In this document: positions 59,218 to 64,000 of the stretch, in pieces | Numbering within the stretch: position 1 is the stretch's first letter | Layout: every line of letters starts with the position of its first letter | Origin: Candidatus Latescibacterota bacterium | GTDB lineage: Bacteria; Latescibacterota; UBA2968 | Direction: 5' to 3' | DNA: 64,000 nucleotides | Assembly (NCBI GenBank): GCA_965205975.1 | Contig: OZ242195.1 | Span: forward strand, 2,784,001-2,848,000 | The notes under the pieces: model-generated | Database searches by the model: none | The model's input: the letters and a program-made list of their open reading frames with translations, nothing else | Told to the model about the DNA's origin: nothing | Program-made: the position numbers and the translations under genes

Positions 59218-59790
59218 TTAGGTAGGGTAGCGGTAGCTGAAAAGTTCGTTACCGTTGCCATCTATCAGAACAAAACGAAGGGCATTAGCCACAAGTCCAC
59301 ATATAAGATAGCGATCAGCCTCTGCGCCTTGTTCAAAGGCCGCGATAGCCAACTGTACGTCTTGCTTGATGGACCTAAACCTGTTATTGGAACTCTTATC
59401 GAAAACGAGGACCCGCAGTTCAGATCTGGCCATGAGAAGTTTAGAGAAATCGTACAGTATGTCGTTATTGTGCGAGATGTTTGTTTTGTTATTTTTCCAT
59501 TCGCATTCGAGAACGATAAGGGCCTTTCTCAGTGGGGTTTGCGGGGCAAAGTAGCCGTCCTGGCTAATACCTCCAGTTACCAAAAAGCACACGTCGTAGA
59601 GAAATTCCCAATTTTGATTAGGCGTCACTGTTCGTCTAACGTCAACGCCAAGTTGATTACCCAGATTATCCAATTGAGCGAATAGGTTATCAGTCATCTC
59701 CGGGTACGTCATGTTTTGGATATCTTGATCTTTGAACGTAGCCCTCACAGATTGGATGAGTCCGTTAATCAATACGTTGATATTACACAT
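59218..59790 (-). CDS. Hypothetical protein, paralog of 246-824
   Basis: AGGAGG RBS; NWEFLYDVCF, LECEW, DILYDFSKLL, DRYLICG. Confidence 0.72.
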   Translation of the reverse strand: MCNINVLINGLIQSVRATFKDQDIQNMTYPEMTDNLFAQLDNLGNQLGVDVRRTVTPNQNWEFLYDVCFLVTGGISQDGYFAPQTPLRKALIVLECEWKNNKTNISHNNDILYDFSKLLMARSELRVLVFDKSSNNRFRSIKQDVQLAIAAFEQGAEADRYLICGLVANALRFVLIDGNGNELFSYRYPT

Positions 59791-59871
59791 CTGATACCTC
59801 CTGTTGTATGGTTACCCTTAGAAGCTGTTTTAAAACTCATTTTGCCCCTTCTCGGTGCTGCGCTATTGCCC

Positions 59872-60080
59872 TGTCATTCTGAGCGCAGCGGAGTCGAAGG
59901 AGCGGGGTACAACTGCGATAGCAGTTCATCTGCTGTCTCAACAGTGTGCATGGGTAACAGATGCTTCGTCAGCCTATCGGCTTTCTCAGCATGACGTGGT
60001 GTAGTAGCACATTTATTTTTTAAGTCACACATTGCGTTATGGATGATTATGCGGGCGACCACGAAGGGATCGCCCCTACA
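59872..60080. repeat. REP-like palindromic elements
   Basis: GTCATTCTGAG...CTCAGCATGAC (59873-59995); GTAG-type hairpin GGGCGACCACGAAGGGATCGCCCCTACA (60053-60080). Confidence 0.55.
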
Positions 60081-60093
60081 ACAATCACGCCGC

Positions 60094-61650
60094 TCAGGCA
60101 AGAGCTGTCTCGAATGCTATCAGATTGCGGGTCTCCCGGCTGAACTCTACCCCGATCAGATGAATCGGCTGATCCAGGTCGCGGTATTTGTCCGCATATC
60201 CCTTTGCCTGCAATTGCGCCATTGCAGACCCTTCCGGTGCCAATTCTACAACCTTGAACTCGAAGAGATACACATTGTCGTTGAAACGAACCGCCATGTC
60301 CAGACGCCCATCGCTGCCACTGTCTTCCACAACAATGTCGAATCCCACCGATGCGAAGTAGGAGTAGAAGACGCTGGCGTAGTAGCCTTCGTAGTTCGCT
60401 ATTTCATTGTTTGTGTGCCACTGGTAGGGAATGCTGGCGAAGAATGCCTTGAACAGGCTTTCCAGGCCAGCGAAGTCATTGACCAGCAACAGGTCGTATA
60501 AACGGGCACTGTGCTCTGCCTGTTGCGCGGGGCTTCCGGTCAAATGGTTGAGCAAGCTTTCGTTCAGGCTCTGGCGCACTTCCTGGTTTGGGTAACTCAG
60601 ACGGTAGTAGATTCTGCTACCTCGCGGTTCGGTTTGGATAATCGTGAGATACCCGGTCTGGAACAGCAATGCTTCGGTGGCGATGTGATCAACGTCGAAT
60701 GTAGATAACAGTTCGTCACTGCCCAATATGTTGTCCAGGTCCAGCGTACCAACCCCGCGCGAGATCAGGGTCTCGATCAGGAATGTCGGGGTACCGGTCT
60801 CGAACCAGTAGGCTTTAAAGTTGCGGTTTCTGAACAGCAAGAGGATGTCGAAGGGGTTATAGACCTTCTCCTCTCCCAGCCAGCTATAGCCATTGTACCA
60901 GTCGCGGATCTCATCCCGATCCAGACCCGGCAATTCTGGCGCGAATACCGTGTCAATGTCCTCCTCGGTGTAGCCACATAAGGTGGAATATTGTGGATCA
61001 ATGGTGATGTCTGTAAGATTGTTGAGGCCAGAGAACAGACTGACCTTAGAAAACTTGCTGACGCCTGTGAGGAATGTGAACTTGATGTACGCGTCACTGG
61101 ACTTGATGGTTGAATACAGACCCCGCAGAAAGTCGCGGTTGGCACGGGCGACTTCAGGCTCATCTATCACATCTAAGATCGGCTTGTCGTATTCATCAAC
61201 GAGAACAGCCACGCGCTGTCCCGCCTGGCTATGCAACATCTGGATGATATCGCGAAAGCGTGCTGAAGCCGTATCGTAGGGGCTTTCTACACCTGTTTCT
61301 TTTTCTACGGCGTCCAGTTGTGCCATAACCTCTTTGTGCAAGATCTCCGGCTCATCAAAGTTGCCGCTGCCAAAGTCGAGGCGCAGGACAGGATAGCGAA
61401 CAGACCAGTCCCAGTGGTCGTGAATGTATAGCCCCTCGAACAGCGGTTCATTGCCCTCAAACAGTTCCTTCAGCGTATCCAGAAACAGGCTTTTGCCAAA
61501 GCGACGTGGACGCGATAGAAAGTAGTGCTTACCCTCGTCGATCAGCCGCTGAATGAGGGCCGTTTTATCGACATAGTAGCAGTTTTCCTCTCGTATCTCG
61601 CGGAAGGTCTGAATGCCGATAGGCAGCTTGCGTCTGTCTGATATGCCCAT
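60094..61650 (-). CDS. AAA-ATPase-like plus PD-(D/E)XK protein, close paralog of 36512-38059
   Basis: Same motifs: LPIGIQTF, SRPRRFGKS, VDEYD, GRLD...FEFK. Confidence 0.9.
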   Translation of the reverse strand: MGISDRRKLPIGIQTFREIREENCYYVDKTALIQRLIDEGKHYFLSRPRRFGKSLFLDTLKELFEGNEPLFEGLYIHDHWDWSVRYPVLRLDFGSGNFDEPEILHKEVMAQLDAVEKETGVESPYDTASARFRDIIQMLHSQAGQRVAVLVDEYDKPILDVIDEPEVARANRDFLRGLYSTIKSSDAYIKFTFLTGVSKFSKVSLFSGLNNLTDITIDPQYSTLCGYTEEDIDTVFAPELPGLDRDEIRDWYNGYSWLGEEKVYNPFDILLLFRNRNFKAYWFETGTPTFLIETLISRGVGTLDLDNILGSDELLSTFDVDHIATEALLFQTGYLTIIQTEPRGSRIYYRLSYPNQEVRQSLNESLLNHLTGSPAQQAEHSARLYDLLLVNDFAGLESLFKAFFASIPYQWHTNNEIANYEGYYASVFYSYFASVGFDIVVEDSGSDGRLDMAVRFNDNVYLFEFKVVELAPEGSAMAQLQAKGYADKYRDLDQPIHLIGVEFSRETRNLIAFETALA

Positions 61651-61770
61651 CTCTTATCTCCAGAGTGTGATGTCAGCACGGTCGCCCTGCTCGATACAGT
61701 ATTATACCGCTTTCGCTATCTATTTGGAAGTCAAAACTTTTCGTTTTTCTGTGCCTACATCTATTAGGCG

Positions 61771-62098
61771 GATCCGGACGTGCGCTGAGAATGATGCGGT
61801 TGTTATTGAGGTGGAGGATAATGGAGTAGGGATGGATGAAGCGACCCAGCAACGTCTTTTTGAGCCTTTTTTCACGACAAAGGATGCCGACCTCGGCACG
61901 GGTTTGGGATTGTCGATTATTTACGCCATTGTTCGCAATCACGATGGGGAGATCACCGTGGAGAGCGAGGAGGGTGTGGGGACGACGTTTAAGGTAATGT
62001 TGCCGGTGGTGGACGAAAGCTATCCGCAGATGAACGAGAATGAACGCAGATGAAAAGGCAAACTGCATCAATCACAGCTTGAAATCCAAGCCTTAAAT
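61771..62098 (+). pseudogene. Duplicated 3' end (HATPase fragment plus downstream DNA) of the sensor kinase
   Basis: Colinear with 58718-~59120, including non-coding AAACTGCATCAATCACAG. Confidence 0.88.
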
Positions 62099-62482
62099 AT
62101 CCCACTAAGGCGGAGTAACTCCACTCTCGATGCTCACCCATGGGGAGGAGCATTCCGGACAAGCCAGCATTGGGTTCTGGTTAGACTTAGTAATGGAAGA
62201 ATGGTGATAGGATGGCCGAAGAGAATCAGTAGCCGAGACGATAAATATACTCTGTCCCTTCAAGACGCTTCTTGGGTCCGTGATGATGCGACAAAAGTGG
62301 CGATTTATGCCGATGAGTTCTTGATCACGGGTGACATAGATTGGGTGCAATTTCTAAAAACAAAATAACTGTGTTAAATTTTTCTTTTGGACTTGATCCG
62401 TTTCGGTGGATACAGCAACGCCTGATCCAGGACATAGACGGTTTCCCTATCCACAAACGCAACCGGGAATCTTCTGCGAAGG

Positions 62483-63127
62483 CTATTGCCTTTCGCCGTA
62501 CACATAGGTCGATTCGATTTCCCTTCCATCCGAGTCACGAGAGATCCAGCGTCCGTGCTTCTTGCCGTTCTCATAGGGGCCTTTCTCTGTGAGTATAGTC
62601 CCATGTGATTGTCCCTTCCCCCTGAGCCACGTTCCCCGAACATCTGCCAGACCAGGTTACAGTTTCGCCTTCTTGAAGATAAGGGTTCCAAACATAGCAT
62701 TCAGGACGGTCGGCCAATGCCATCCAGCAACTCGAACCTAAAGGTTTTCCGGCACAACCTCAGCACTGATCGGTATTCCTTCAGTCTCGATCAACAACGC
62801 CAGTGCCTCCTTGTAAAACTCGCCCTCTTTCCCTGTTGCTGATAGATATCTGGTCACAGACTCAAGCGCGATCCGGGTTGAATCTGCTGAAAGAGCCACC
62901 TGTGCATATTTGAAGTGGAACTCGTCTGGCAATGTGAGATTGTGTTCTTTTTGCAGCGCAATGATCTTATCCATCATATTAAGCGCAGCTACATAGTCTT
63001 TTTTTGCATGTAACAGTTCTGCCTGCATCAGATATTTGTCCGCTATGATCTCCGGCGGCAGTTGGGCAGACGCAACCGCAAAGAATCCCAATAAGGCCGG
63101 AATGAAAAAGCCGATAAACATTCGCAT
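62483..63127 (-). pseudogene. Secreted protein with helical N-domain, Cys-rich segment and MORN-like repeat; two frameshifts
   Basis: Signal peptide then AQLPPEIIADKYL; other frames give CAGKPLGSSCWMAL..CYVWNP..TWSGRC and GPYENGKKHGRW. Confidence 0.6.
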
Positions 63128-63188
63128 GAGTGTCTCCTGTCATCAATTTTACGCGGCGAAGGCGAAAGTTGCGGTAAAGAATCAAGAA

Positions 63189-63968
63189 CTAAAAAGACCG
63201 AGCGACACGAAAACCGCAGGAGAGGGACCGATCCTCGGAGGAATCTTTGTGGCGATTCGCCGAGCGCAAGCCCCTCGGCCCCTGCAAAAACGATCCACCA
63301 CGCATCGCGTGCCTATTGCAGTCTCCACGTACCCCCGCAGAACCGTCTGTTGGCACGCCCCTGTAGCTGGGTCTCCAACAGTCCTGTACCCACTCACTCA
63401 CATTCCCGTGCATATCGTACACGCCCCAAGCATTCGCCTCGAAAGATCCCACTGGTGCTGTCTTCCACTCACCATCCCATGCACTAACGCAACCATCGCA
63501 ATTGGCACGGTCGTAATCTATACTATCGCCCCAGCTATACGCAGTCCCCGTTCCTGCTCGCGCAGCATATTCCCACTCCGACTCGCTCGGCAAGCGATAG
63601 GTTTCCCCTGTCTGATCCGATAGCCATTCTGTGTACGCTATCGCGTCATACCACGAAACTTTGATTACCGGGCGACGGCCACGCCCCCAACCTATATTAT
63701 CATCTACCCGCTCGCGACCAGTCGCATCCGTGAAAGCGTCGTACTCCTCAAACGTCACCTCATACTTCGACAGGGCAAATGAGTCTATGTTCACTTCACG
63801 CACAGGTTTCTCATCGTCGTCACAGTCTATACCCGACACACAGCCCATCAGAAAACTGCCCGCAGGTATCACCACCATCTCAGGCATTGGAAAACTCGGT
63901 TGCGAATATACTGAATACGCCGTCCAGCAACTCAACACTACTGATAGTACAACAAATTTACGCCACAT
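63189..63968 (-). CDS. FGE-sulfatase (SUMF1-fold) domain secreted protein
   Basis: PEMVVIPAGSFLMG, YRLPSESEWEYAAR, DMHGNVSEW, RGGS, GFRVAR. Confidence 0.9.
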   Translation of the reverse strand: MWRKFVVLSVVLSCWTAYSVYSQPSFPMPEMVVIPAGSFLMGCVSGIDCDDDEKPVREVNIDSFALSKYEVTFEEYDAFTDATGRERVDDNIGWGRGRRPVIKVSWYDAIAYTEWLSDQTGETYRLPSESEWEYAARAGTGTAYSWGDSIDYDRANCDGCVSAWDGEWKTAPVGSFEANAWGVYDMHGNVSEWVQDCWRPSYRGVPTDGSAGVRGDCNRHAMRGGSFLQGPRGLRSANRHKDSSEDRSLSCGFRVARSF

Positions 63969-64000
63969 ACTGAACCCCTTTCCCCGCTATTACCTAACTG

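Noticed and set aside
61613..62053. Stand-alone HATPase gene (146 aa)
   Set aside because: Its N-terminus is antisense/intergenic sequence joined to a duplicated kinase tail with no H-box or N-box.
58718..62098. Diversity-generating retroelement TR/VR pair (also 36232/39316)
   Set aside because: No reverse transcriptase in the window, and mismatches are not confined to adenines.
63189..63968. True formylglycine-generating enzyme
   Set aside because: The catalytic Cys pair after RGGS is absent (RGGSFLQGPRGLR).
1..64000. rRNA/tRNA genes and the many antisense ORFs in the track
   Set aside because: No RNA-gene signature recognised by eye; antisense ORFs shadow well-supported genes.

Overview
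Accessory-rich bacterial region with no rRNA, tRNA or CRISPR array. Family assignments come from motif recognition, not database searches. The centrepiece is a ~18.5 kb minus-strand cluster (12605-31062) that looks like an undescribed glycosylated RiPP system. It has four precursor-like peptides (three share a gapless double-glycine leader; one has a ranthipeptide-type leader), an RRE-radical SAM/SPASM enzyme, a methyltransferase, three glycosyltransferase domains, a UDP-HexNAc-uronic acid supply trio, a cNMP-C39 peptidase ABC exporter with HlyD and PpiC, and CPBP/immunity genes. A consensus sigma54 promoter heads it, directly downstream of a 1605-aa kinase-STAND-TPR-GAF-sigma54 activator gene. 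To the left lie a sigma54-driven ABC/sulfotransferase operon and a compact element (6196-11600) with an iteron-bearing replication initiator, an unusual tyrosine recombinase-ATPase-membrane fusion and a dif-like site. To the right is a mobile/defence island: a tyrosine recombinase with an 11-6-11 palindrome, YhcG, AAA-PD-(D/E)XK genes, an IS630 splitting a CxxCx11CxxC gene, and a frameshifted type III R-M system with a decayed AbiJ-like gene. A large sensor kinase and an FGE-fold gene follow. Three times in the window, a gene's 3' end is duplicated around cargo genes.
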